Counted from the first letter of the stretch, positions 1 through 8,147 are shown. The stretch is DNA of 22,318 bases from an uncultured Phycisphaerales bacterium (GCA_938084645.1 CALKEP010000080.1:1-22318); one strand, 5' to 3'. The notes: generated by a model from the letters alone, not told the origin. Numbers and translations are program-made.

Positions 1-132
1 CGGCTCGAGAAGCCGACGGTCGCCGAGCTCCTTTCGCAGGAGGCGTCGAAGACCGCGCCGCCCCCGTCGCCCGCGAAGCCCGCGGACGACTCCGGCGACG
101 ACCTCCCCGACATCATGCCCTCGCCGGCGTGA
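1..132 (+). CDS. 3' end of an unidentified CDS entering the window (Pro/Asp-rich C-terminal tail)
   Basis: Frame 1 is open from base 1 (RLEKPTVAELLSQEASKTAPPPSPAKPADDSGDDLPDIMPSPA) to TGA at 130-132. Third codon positions are almost all G/C, and a terminator-like hairpin follows. Confidence 0.65.
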   Translation, partial: RLEKPTVAELLSQEASKTAPPPSPAKPADDSGDDLPDIMPSPA

Positions 133-171
133 CCGCCGGGCCGGCTCCCGCAGGAACACGAGACTCAGATG

Positions 172-199
172 ACGACGCCGGCATCCGCCGGCGTCGTTT
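172..199. terminator. Probable intrinsic (possibly bidirectional) terminator between convergent genes
   Basis: 11-bp inverted repeat acgacgccggc-atcc-gccggcgtcgt followed by a short T run, lying between the + CDS ending at 132 and the - CDS ending at 323. Confidence 0.55.
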
Positions 200-322
200 C
201 GTCTGCGGCTTCGACACGGAGGCGTGTCGTTCCACGACACGCCCGGCGTCGGCGATCACCCGGCACGCCTCGCTTGAGAGGATCGTCGGCCCCCGTTCGA
301 CGAGAGCGCCGATCCACATGGG

Positions 323-877
323 TCACGAGGACGGGTCATCCAGCATGGCGTCGAGCTCGCCGAGTCGACGCGCCGCCGCGTGCACCTTCGCCACGAAGAC
401 CGCGAAGCAGGCGATGCCGGCAACCAGCAGAAGTCCGCCAAGTCCCTGGATCGAACCTCCGGCGGCGGACGTCGCGTCCGCCTCCTCGCCGCCGATGCGG
501 ACGAGATCCCGACCGATCGCCTGAACCGTTCCGCCGAAGACGAGGAGGACCGTCGCCACGGCGCCGAGCGACGCGAAGACCAGCCCGATGTCCCGACCGC
601 AGTCGCCTCGGTTCTCTTCGCGACGATGCAGCGCACCCGCGATCGACTGCGGAATCCGGCACACCACCACGAACCACCACACCGTGTTGAAGAACGGGAT
701 CACCGCGAGCCAGACCAGCCCGGGGCGAAATCGACGCTCGGGTTCCGGGACCGTCGCCGCCGCGCGATGGAGCGTCAGGAGCAACCACGCGAAGACCGCG
801 AACACGATCAACAACACGATGATTCCGAAGTCGGTGCCGCCGGACGTCGAGGACTGGGTCGCTTGCGCTGGGGTCAT
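323..877 (-). CDS. Small multi-pass membrane protein of unknown function (about 184 aa)
   Basis: Part of ORF 323..1021, with the start moved to ATG 877 (MTPAQATQ). About 4 hydrophobic helices and a segment 'PERRFRPGLVWLAVIPFFNTVWWFVVV' resembling a widespread hypothetical membrane family. Confidence 0.7.
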   Translation of the reverse strand: MTPAQATQSSTSGGTDFGIIVLLIVFAVFAWLLLTLHRAAATVPEPERRFRPGLVWLAVIPFFNTVWWFVVVCRIPQSIAGALHRREENRGDCGRDIGLVFASLGAVATVLLVFGGTVQAIGRDLVRIGGEEADATSAAGGSIQGLGGLLLVAGIACFAVFVAKVHAAARRLGELDAMLDDPSS

Positions 878-1060
878 GAGAAAGCTCCTGCTCTTCGAGG
901 CGGCCGCGTATCGCGACGATGCGTCCGTCACGATCGAGCGGACACGGTGGTCTGCGATCACATGGTCACAGATGCTGCCCGCGAGCACGAGGGGCAAATG
1001 GGAAAAACCCCTTCTCGACACCGCAGGCCGGTCAGGATGCGTCGGTGGACCGACCCCTGA

Positions 1061-2575
1061 TCAGGGATCGACGACGCCGTCCCCGTCATCAGGCTTTCGG
1101 GTCTTCGGGGGCTTGACGGCCTTCAATCGAGCCGACTTCGGCACGCTCCGACCCTCGTCCTCGCCGAGCATCGCCTTGCTCCGGAGCAGATGGTGGTAGT
1201 GCTGCGCGAATCGATGCGCCTCGTCCCGGATCGCCTGGCAGAGCTTCAGCCCGAGATTCTCCCGACCGAGCCGGATGGGTTCACCGCGGCGCTGGACGTG
1301 GATCAACTCCTCCTTCTTCGCGAGCGAGATCACCATCGGCGGCTTCATCGACAACTGGTCGAATGCTTCGATCGCGGCATTCAACTGCCCCAGCCCTCCG
1401 TCGATCAGGATGACGTCCGGGTAGAGCTCGTTGCCGTCCCCCGCGTCACGGTACCGCCGGGAGACGACCTCGCGAATCGACATGTAGTCGTCGTTGTCGA
1501 CCGATCGGATCCGGAATCGGCGATACCCGTCCTTGAACGGACGGCCGTCGATGAAGCAGACCTTCGAACCGACCGTCTCACCGCCGGCGAGGTGCGCGAT
1601 GTCGATCGCCTCCAGGCATCGAATCGGTTCGTCCAGGTCGAGCGTCTTCTGCAGCGACCGGAGCCCCTTCGCGGGGTCGTGCACGAACGAGGTCACCTCG
1701 GGCTGCCAGTCGTAGTCCCCTTCCGCGTTGCGTCGGCGTTCCCGTTCGTCCAATCGCTCGATTGCGCGGATCTGATCACGGAGCACCGCGGCCCGTTCGA
1801 ATGCCCGCCGTTCCGCGGCGGCCTCCATCTCCTGCGTCATCTCGCGGATCATCGCGCTTCGCTTGGAGCCGAGGAACCTGACGAATCGATCGATGTCGGC
1901 GCGGTAGTTCTCCGGCGAGATCCGATTCGCGCACGGCGCAGTGCACTGGCCGATCGAGTGCAGCAGGCAGGGACGGAAGGAACGGTTCTTCGGATCGTCG
2001 CTGCGGATGTCGAGCTCGCAGGTTCGGTAGCGGAACACCCGCTGCAGCAGCTGGACCGCCTGACGCAGGGCGCTCACGGACGTGAACGGGCCGAAGATCT
2101 TCGCCCCCTTGAACTGATCGTCGGCGGGATTTCGAGTCACGAAGACCCCGGGGAACTCGTCCTTCAACGTCACGGCGAGGTAGGGGAAGGTCTTGTCGTC
2201 GACGAGCCGCTCGTTGAATCGGGGGCGGATGTCCTTGACGAGCCTCGACTCGAGGAGCAACGCCTCCCATTCACCCTCGCATTCGACGACGTCGAAATCC
2301 TCGATGAGCTCGAGCATGCGCGATTTGCGATGCCCGAGATCGGTCGATGCCTGGAAGTAGGTCGAGACCCGGTTCGGCAGCACCGAGGCCTTGCCGACGT
2401 AGAGCACCACCCCGGCGGCGTCCTTCATCAGGTAGACCCCCGGGACGCGGGGAAGGGATCGGGCCTTGGCCGACAATCGGCTCAGCCTCGAGGCTGGAGA
2501 CGCTTCCGGCGAATGGAGCCGCTCCGCCGCATCCCCAGGGGTCGAATCCGGGTTCTCGGGCGTGGAAGCGGGCAT
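1061..2575 (-). CDS. uvrC: Excinuclease ABC subunit C, shortened form lacking the C-terminal HhH domain
   Basis: GIY-YIG domain (PGVYLMKD...VLYVGKA...RVSTYF), Cys-rich region (RTC...RPCLLHSIGQCTAPC), UVR coil (FERAAVLRDQI) and RNase H-like endonuclease (EAIDIAH, PDVILIDGGLGQL, RDEAHRFA). Start chosen at ATG 2575; the ORF track extends to 2668. Confidence 0.95.
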   Translation of the reverse strand: MPASTPENPDSTPGDAAERLHSPEASPASRLSRLSAKARSLPRVPGVYLMKDAAGVVLYVGKASVLPNRVSTYFQASTDLGHRKSRMLELIEDFDVVECEGEWEALLLESRLVKDIRPRFNERLVDDKTFPYLAVTLKDEFPGVFVTRNPADDQFKGAKIFGPFTSVSALRQAVQLLQRVFRYRTCELDIRSDDPKNRSFRPCLLHSIGQCTAPCANRISPENYRADIDRFVRFLGSKRSAMIREMTQEMEAAAERRAFERAAVLRDQIRAIERLDERERRRNAEGDYDWQPEVTSFVHDPAKGLRSLQKTLDLDEPIRCLEAIDIAHLAGGETVGSKVCFIDGRPFKDGYRRFRIRSVDNDDYMSIREVVSRRYRDAGDGNELYPDVILIDGGLGQLNAAIEAFDQLSMKPPMVISLAKKEELIHVQRRGEPIRLGRENLGLKLCQAIRDEAHRFAQHYHHLLRSKAMLGEDEGRSVPKSARLKAVKPPKTRKPDDGDGVVDP

Positions 2576-2655
2576 TTTCGCCTTTCGAGGCCAGTACGAA
2601 CGGGGTGGCGGTCCTCTTCGGCCGAGGTTGAAGACAATTGAACTGGTTTCGGACG

Positions 2656-2683
2656 TTGCGTTCCCCACCGGATGCGCTAGGAT
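2656..2683 (+). promoter_or_regulatory. Candidate sigma70-type promoter for the Cys-rich lipoprotein gene
   Basis: TTGCGT (2656-2661), 16-nt spacer, TAGGAT (2678-2683), in the divergent intergenic region about 95 nt upstream of ATG 2777. Confidence 0.4.
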
Positions 2684-2776
2684 AGACGCTCCAGGGGTAC
2701 GGAGCAGGTCCGGCCACCTCGTACCGGACGGACCCTCCGTCGATCATCAGTACCACCTTTCATTTGGAGCAATGAC

Positions 2777-3130
2777 ATGAAGTCCATCCTCACCATCGCG
2801 ACCCTCGCACTCGCTTCCGCCCTCGTCGGCTGCAATGACGCCAACAAGAAGGATTCCGCCGCCCCCGGTGCCGTCTCGGGCGACTGCTGTGGCAGCTGCT
2901 CCAGTGGCGCCGCGGCCGCTCCCGGTGCGGTTTCGGCCGAACCCTGCGGTGGCGCCGCCGCCTGCGAAACCAGCTGCAGCGACGCCGCCCCCGGCGCCGT
3001 CTCCAGCGACGCGGGCTGCGCCAGCAGCTGCTCGGACGCCGCCCCCGGCGCCGTCTCCAGCGAGTCCGACTGCAGCACCAGCTGCTCGGACGCCGCCGCG
3101 GTCTGCCCCTTCAGTGGCTCCGCCGGCTGA
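2777..3130 (+). CDS. Small cysteine-rich repeat lipoprotein (117 aa; four APGAVS...CxxSC units; C-terminal CPFSG)
   Basis: SD GGAG at 2766-2769, signal peptide MKSILTIATLALASA-LVGC (lipobox), 12 Cys in total, strong GC3 bias, and its own downstream terminator. Confidence 0.85.
   Translation: MKSILTIATLALASALVGCNDANKKDSAAPGAVSGDCCGSCSSGAAAAPGAVSAEPCGGAAACETSCSDAAPGAVSSDAGCASSCSDAAPGAVSSESDCSTSCSDAAAVCPFSGSAG
2981..3097 (+). repeat. 54-bp (18-codon) intragenic tandem repeat
   Basis: Exact 29-mer gacgccgcccccggcgccgtctccagcga at 2981-3009 and 3035-3063. Exact 19-mer cagctgctcggacgccgcc at 3025-3043 and 3079-3097. Both pairs are offset by 54 nt. Confidence 0.9.
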
Positions 3131-3163
3131 TTCGACGGCACCCGCCGATCGAAGCAAGATCAT

Positions 3164-3202
3164 CGACGCCCCTCCCGTCTCACGGGAGGGGCGTCGTCTT
3201 TT
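3164..3202 (+). terminator. Rho-independent terminator after the Cys-rich lipoprotein gene
   Basis: Perfect 15-bp stem cgacgcccctcccgt-ctc-acgggaggggcgtcg followed by tctttt. Confidence 0.85.
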
Positions 3203-3244
3203 GACCGGATATGATGGCGGCCTCCACTGACCGGAGTACCCGCC

Positions 3245-3823
3245 ATGCATCACCCGTTCAAGCGTCTGACTTCGATTCTTGCCACCATCCCCCTGAGCCT
3301 CGTGCTTTGGGGCTGCGGCGGCTCGCACGCCACGAATCAGGCGCTCGGCGACGGTTGGAACGCCTACGGCGACGCCCAGACCGTGAAGCGGACCAGCGTA
3401 CCGGTCGCGTCGCTGCCCGAGGCGGAGGGCTACGAGATCGTCCTCGAAGGCTGGGTCACCGAGGTCTGCGCCGTGAAAGGCTGCTGGATGCGGGTGCAGG
3501 ATGACGACGGCGACGTCGTGCTCGTCCGATTCAAGGACTACGGATTCTTCGTGCCACGGAACGCCCGGGGCCGTCGCACGGTGATCCACGGAACGCCACT
3601 GGTGCAGACGTTCTCGGTCGCCCAGCGTCGCCACCTGCTGGAAGACGCGAAAGCCTCCGCCGAGGAGATCGCCCGCGTCGACGAACCCAGCACGGAAGTC
3701 GTCTTTCTCGCCGACGGCGCGTGGGTGCAGGGCGGCGGACTCGAACCACCGTACGCACCGGCCACCGAGGAAGACTGCATCATCGAAGAGACCACGACCG
3801 AGGACGCCACCGATGCCGGATGA
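3245..3823 (+). CDS. DUF4920-type lipoprotein
   Basis: SD GGAG at 3233-3236, lipobox-like LWGC, and the family signature 'EGWVTEVCAVKGCWM...VLVRFKDYGFFVP...GRRTVIHG'. Confidence 0.85.
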   Translation: MHHPFKRLTSILATIPLSLVLWGCGGSHATNQALGDGWNAYGDAQTVKRTSVPVASLPEAEGYEIVLEGWVTEVCAVKGCWMRVQDDDGDVVLVRFKDYGFFVPRNARGRRTVIHGTPLVQTFSVAQRRHLLEDAKASAEEIARVDEPSTEVVFLADGAWVQGGGLEPPYAPATEEDCIIEETTTEDATDAG

Positions 3824-5144
3824 ACCGAAGTCGATGCTGCTCGCAGGTGGACGGATCCTGGATCCCGCCACCGGACTCGACGCCACCGGCGATGTCCTCG
3901 TGCAGGACGGCCGGATCGCCGCAGTGGAGACCACGCCGAACCGGATCGACGCGGGCGACGCGAAGCGGGTCGACGTCGACGGACTTCTGGTCTGCCCAGG
4001 CCTGATCGATCCGCACGTGCATCTTCGGGAGCCCGGCCAGGGCGCGAAGGAGACGATCGAGTCGGGATCCCGGGCCGCGGCCGCCGGTGGATTCAGCACG
4101 GTCTGCTGCATGCCGAACACCGCCCCGGCCCTCGATACGCCGGACATGGTCGAGTGGGTCGCGATGCGGGCCCGTGAACGCGCCGCCTGTCGCGTGCTGG
4201 TCGCGGCGGCCGCCACGGTCGGCCGGCACGGCGAGGCGCTCGCCCCGATGCACGCCATGCAGGCCGCGGGCGCCGTGGCCTTCACCGACGACGGCGACGG
4301 TATCGCCGACGCCGATCTCATGCGGAAGGTGCTGCAGACCTGCGCTTCACTCGGCGCTGCGTTCATGCAGCACTGCCAGGAACCGACGCTCACCCGCGGC
4401 GCGCAGATGCACGAAGGCCCGACGAGCGCGAAGCTCGGACTCGTCGGATGGCCGCGGGTCGCCGAGGAATTGATGCTCGAACGCGACCTTCGACTCGATC
4501 GCTCGATCGGGGCCCGCTATCACGCCCAGCATCTCTCGAGCGGCGGATCGGTCGACATCCTCCGCAGCGCCCGGGCGGACGGCGTCCCGGCGACCGGGGA
4601 GGTCTCGCCGCACCATCTCCTCATGACCGATGCCGCCGTCGACGGCTTCGACACCCACGCGAAGATGAATCCCCCGCTGCGCGAGGAATCGGACCGCCTC
4701 GCCCTCGTCCAGGGCGTCGCCGACGGTGTGATCACCGTGCTCGCGACCGATCACGCGCCGCACACGCCGGCCGAGAAGGAGCGACCCTTCGAGGAGGCGC
4801 CGCTCGGGATCATCGGCCTCGAGACCGCCCTGCCGATCTACGTGGAAGCCCTGATCGCCAGCGGCGCGATCGACTGGCCGCGACTGATCGCGATGATGAC
4901 GATCGAACCCGCCCGCCTGCTGGGGATCACCGATCTCGGGTTCGGCGGACTCGCGGTGGGCAGTGCGGCCGACGTGACCGTGATCGATCCGAGCGAGCGA
5001 TGGACGATCGCGGCGGACGACTTCGAATCCCGGTCCCGGAACTGCCCCTTCGATGGTCGTGAAGTCGAGGGACGAGCCGTGCTCACCCTGGTCGACGGAC
5101 GTCCGTCCCACGATCGACTCACCGGCGCCACGATCACCAGCTGA
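3813..5144 (+). CDS. pyrC: Dihydroorotase (long, type I amidohydrolase form)
   Basis: PGLIDPHVHLREPG, MPNT, FTDDG, EVSPHHL, KMNPPLR and ATDHAPH motifs are all intact. Overlaps the upstream gene by 11 bp. Confidence 0.93.
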   Translation: MPDEPKSMLLAGGRILDPATGLDATGDVLVQDGRIAAVETTPNRIDAGDAKRVDVDGLLVCPGLIDPHVHLREPGQGAKETIESGSRAAAAGGFSTVCCMPNTAPALDTPDMVEWVAMRARERAACRVLVAAAATVGRHGEALAPMHAMQAAGAVAFTDDGDGIADADLMRKVLQTCASLGAAFMQHCQEPTLTRGAQMHEGPTSAKLGLVGWPRVAEELMLERDLRLDRSIGARYHAQHLSSGGSVDILRSARADGVPATGEVSPHHLLMTDAAVDGFDTHAKMNPPLREESDRLALVQGVADGVITVLATDHAPHTPAEKERPFEEAPLGIIGLETALPIYVEALIASGAIDWPRLIAMMTIEPARLLGITDLGFGGLAVGSAADVTVIDPSERWTIAADDFESRSRNCPFDGREVEGRAVLTLVDGRPSHDRLTGATITS

Positions 5145-5250
5145 TGCGCACCCGCGGCCGCCGATCGAACGGGACCGCGATGACCTCCCCCGTCGCCAGC
5201 CTTCGCATCGGCGGGTGACCGCCGCTGCCTGACTCCGGACTCCAACCCTC

Positions 5251-7989
5251 GTGTCCAAGCGAACGTCGAATCCGAGTCCCGAGAACCTGCCCGAGCGGCT
5301 TGCCGAATCGCTCGCCGACCGGATCGTGCGTCATCCACGCCGACCGGTCGTGGTCGCCCTGCTGCTCGCCGTCGCGGGCGCGATCTTCGCGGCCCGCAAC
5401 CTCGAACTCGACGCCGACACGAACCACCTGATCGGCGACGACCGACCGTTCATGGTCGGCTTCAACGCCTGGCTCGAGGAGTTCGGGGATCTCGAGTACC
5501 TCTACGTCGTCGTGGACCCGGGTGATGATGCGGAAACCGCCCCGGACGCCGGCGACCGGGCCGATCAGGCCGTGCGGACCCTCGTCGAACGACTTCGGGA
5601 CGTCCCAGACCTTCCGGCGGTCCACGGCTGGATCGATGCGCGGGAACAATGGGGCCTCGCCACGAGAGCGATGACGATCGACGAGCTCGCCGGGCTGGTC
5701 CGCGGTCGGGACGCGTTTCCGATCCTCACGGGCGACGCCGACGCGGCCACCGTCGTCCGAGCGGGCACCGCCCGGTTGGAACGAGTCACCGGCCTCGAGG
5801 CCCTGACCCTCGGCGACGAGTCGCGAACCAGGATCGCGGCGAGCGGTGTCCTCCTGCTCGAATCGATCGCCGCCGCGGAGATCCCCGGAGTCATTCCACC
5901 GAACGGATTCGAGCCGCTCCCGCTCGCGCTTCCTCGCCCGGACGAATTCCTGATGAATCCGGGTGGACGCCTTCGTTTCGTGGAGATCCTGCCCCGGAAG
6001 GACTTCGGCTCCCTCGCCGCGATCGAGGGTCCGTTGCGATCGATCCGCGCCGTGATCAAGCAGGTCGCCGCGGAACACCCCGGCGTCGAAATCGGGCTCA
6101 CCGGCAAGCCCGTCCTGCAGGCGGATGAACTCGCCACCAGCGACGCGGACATGACGCGAAGCGCCTCGATCGCCTTCGTGGTGATCGCGATCCTCTTCAT
6201 GATCTCGTTTCGGAACTTTCGGCGACCGTTCTTCGCCGCCCTCGCGTTCCTGATCGCCTTCGCCTGGACCTACGGCGCCGCGGCCCTCCTCGTGGGCCGG
6301 CTCAATCTGCTCAGCATCGTCTTCATGCTGGTGCTGGTCGGCGTGGGCTTCGACTACGGAATCCACGTGGTCGCGCGATGGACCGAGGCCCGTCGGCGTT
6401 CGAGCCCGCGTGCGGCGGTCACCGAGACGCTCCGGACCGCCGGCGTGGGCAACTTCTTCGGCGCCGTCACCAGCGCCGGCGTCTTTCTGCTCGCCCTCGC
6501 CACCGACTTCGGTGGCCTCCGCGAACTGGGCGTCGTGGCGGGCGTCGGGCTCCTGCTCTGCGTGCTGGCGATGAGCGTGGTGCTCCCCGCGATCCTCCTG
6601 CTCGCCGAGGGCGGTCACGACGCCCCGGACGAACGATCGTCCCCGATCGCCGGCCGGCACCCGCGAAGCAGGCCCGGTCCCCGGAGGCCGACCTTCGTGA
6701 TCGGCATCGGTGTCCTCGCCTCGCTCCTCTCGGGGATCGCGGTGGTGACGGGGATCCGATTCGAGGACAACCTCCTCGCCCTGCAGGCGGACGGACTCGA
6801 GAGCGTGGAGTGGGAACACCGGGTTCTCGAGGATTCCAGCAGCGCCTCCTGGTTCGCGGCGATCATCGTCGACTCGGAAGCCGGCATCGAGCGGATCCTC
6901 GACCGCGCCTCCGCCCACCCCGAGATCGGACTCGTACGGAGCGTGCTCGACGTCGTCCGGCCTTCGACGCCCGAACGCGCAGAACTCCGTCGACGTTTCT
7001 CGGACGCCTTCGAGGCCGATGAAAGCGAGATGCTCCCGGACGTCGAGGCGACGCCCGTCACCGCCGACGATCTGGGATCCGCCGCGGCGAGACTGCGATC
7101 GCTCGCCGCCGCGGCCCGCACCTTCGACGCGGATGCCGCGGAACGACTTCGATCGATCGCGACCCGACTCGAAGCGCTTGCACGGACGCTGGGGCCGGAC
7201 GCGACCGCGGAAGCGGGCGTCGCGACCCGAGGTGCGATCGATCTGGCGAGATCCCGCACCGGGAGCGCCCTTCGCGCGATGCTCGCGGGTGACGCCCTCC
7301 CCCTTCGTGACGCGCTGCCCGCCGCCATCCGCGCCAGGATGATGTCGCCCACGGGGCGTTTCCAGGTGGAACTCGTTCCCGCCGAGGATGTCTGGGATGC
7401 GGATTCGATGGAACGATTCGTCACCGCGATCCGCGCCGTCGATCCCGACGCCACCGGGGTGCCGATCACGCAGTACGAATCCCTCCGCGACATGCGACGC
7501 TCCTTCATCGTGATGGGCATGCTCGCCCTCGGGCTCGTCACGTTGGTGGTGTCCCTCGATTTCAGGAGCGTCCGAGACACCACGCTGGTCATGACCAGTC
7601 TGCTCGTCGGCCTGCTCTGGACGGTGGGCATCGCCTCGCTTTTCGGCATCTCGCTCAACGTCGCGAACTTCTTCGCGATCCCCATCCTGATCGGCATCGG
7701 GGTCGACAGCGCGATCCACATGGTCCATCGCGCCCGCGAGTGCGGAGACGGCCCGCTCGATTTCAAGTCGACCCGCAATGCGGTGATCCTCACCGCGTGC
7801 ACCACCGGCATCGGCTTCGGTTCGCTGCTGCTCGCCCGACACCGGGGGCTTCAGAGTCTCGGGGCGATCATGGCGATCGGTAGCCTCGCCTGCATGATGG
7901 CCAGCGTGGTGCTGCTCCCGGGGATGCTGACGCTGGGGCGCGTCCGCGGGAATGAAACCTCGCGGACATCATCCGATCCACCGTCCTGA
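5251..7989 (+). CDS. MMPL/RND family lipid transporter, HpnN (hopanoid transporter)-like
   Basis: 912 aa with a duplicated 1+5 TM architecture and two large soluble loops. Motifs GLTGKPVLQADE, LVGVGFDYGIH, ILIGIGVDSAIH and TTGIGFGSL. Confidence 0.88.
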   Translation: MSKRTSNPSPENLPERLAESLADRIVRHPRRPVVVALLLAVAGAIFAARNLELDADTNHLIGDDRPFMVGFNAWLEEFGDLEYLYVVVDPGDDAETAPDAGDRADQAVRTLVERLRDVPDLPAVHGWIDAREQWGLATRAMTIDELAGLVRGRDAFPILTGDADAATVVRAGTARLERVTGLEALTLGDESRTRIAASGVLLLESIAAAEIPGVIPPNGFEPLPLALPRPDEFLMNPGGRLRFVEILPRKDFGSLAAIEGPLRSIRAVIKQVAAEHPGVEIGLTGKPVLQADELATSDADMTRSASIAFVVIAILFMISFRNFRRPFFAALAFLIAFAWTYGAAALLVGRLNLLSIVFMLVLVGVGFDYGIHVVARWTEARRRSSPRAAVTETLRTAGVGNFFGAVTSAGVFLLALATDFGGLRELGVVAGVGLLLCVLAMSVVLPAILLLAEGGHDAPDERSSPIAGRHPRSRPGPRRPTFVIGIGVLASLLSGIAVVTGIRFEDNLLALQADGLESVEWEHRVLEDSSSASWFAAIIVDSEAGIERILDRASAHPEIGLVRSVLDVVRPSTPERAELRRRFSDAFEADESEMLPDVEATPVTADDLGSAAARLRSLAAAARTFDADAAERLRSIATRLEALARTLGPDATAEAGVATRGAIDLARSRTGSALRAMLAGDALPLRDALPAAIRARMMSPTGRFQVELVPAEDVWDADSMERFVTAIRAVDPDATGVPITQYESLRDMRRSFIVMGMLALGLVTLVVSLDFRSVRDTTLVMTSLLVGLLWTVGIASLFGISLNVANFFAIPILIGIGVDSAIHMVHRARECGDGPLDFKSTRNAVILTACTTGIGFGSLLLARHRGLQSLGAIMAIGSLACMMASVVLLPGMLTLGRVRGNETSRTSSDPPS

Positions 7990-8119
7990 CGCGATTCTCG
8001 GACCGGTGGGGTCATGCGGGCGACTCCGATAAGACCTTCGAGGCGAGTCACCGGGCCCTCGTCACGGTTCGTCCGCGGTCGTCGGGGTGGGCATGCACCT
8101 GCTGCGCGACGCATTCCGT

Positions 8120-8147
8120 TTGTATCCGTCGTATCACGGAGTACCTT
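8120..8147 (+). promoter_or_regulatory. Candidate sigma70-type promoter for the VPG-tailed exported protein
   Basis: TTGTAT (8120-8125), 16-nt spacer, TACCTT (8142-8147), in an AT-richer intergenic patch. Confidence 0.35.

Noticed and set aside
113..319. 68-aa minus-strand ORF in the first intergenic region
   Set aside because: It crosses two hairpins, overlaps the end of the + strand CDS, and has no SD or recognisable motif.
2576..2776. SOS/LexA box upstream of uvrC (and of dinG at 11067-11165)
   Set aside because: I saw no CTGT-N8-ACAG or GAAC-N4-GTTC site and no palindrome shared by the two regions.
2981..3097. 54-bp periodic repeats as a mini CRISPR array
   Set aside because: The repeats are in frame inside a lipoprotein ORF, the intervening segments resemble each other, and there is no leader or cas gene.
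5134..7842. 902-aa minus-strand ORF (also 13425..16100 +, 10293..12041 +, 11878..13452 +, 2747..4393 - and 1190..2641 +)
   Set aside because: These are antisense shadows of well-supported genes. Stop codons are scarce at this GC and codon bias, and the translations are Arg/Gly/Asp-rich with no recognisable motifs.
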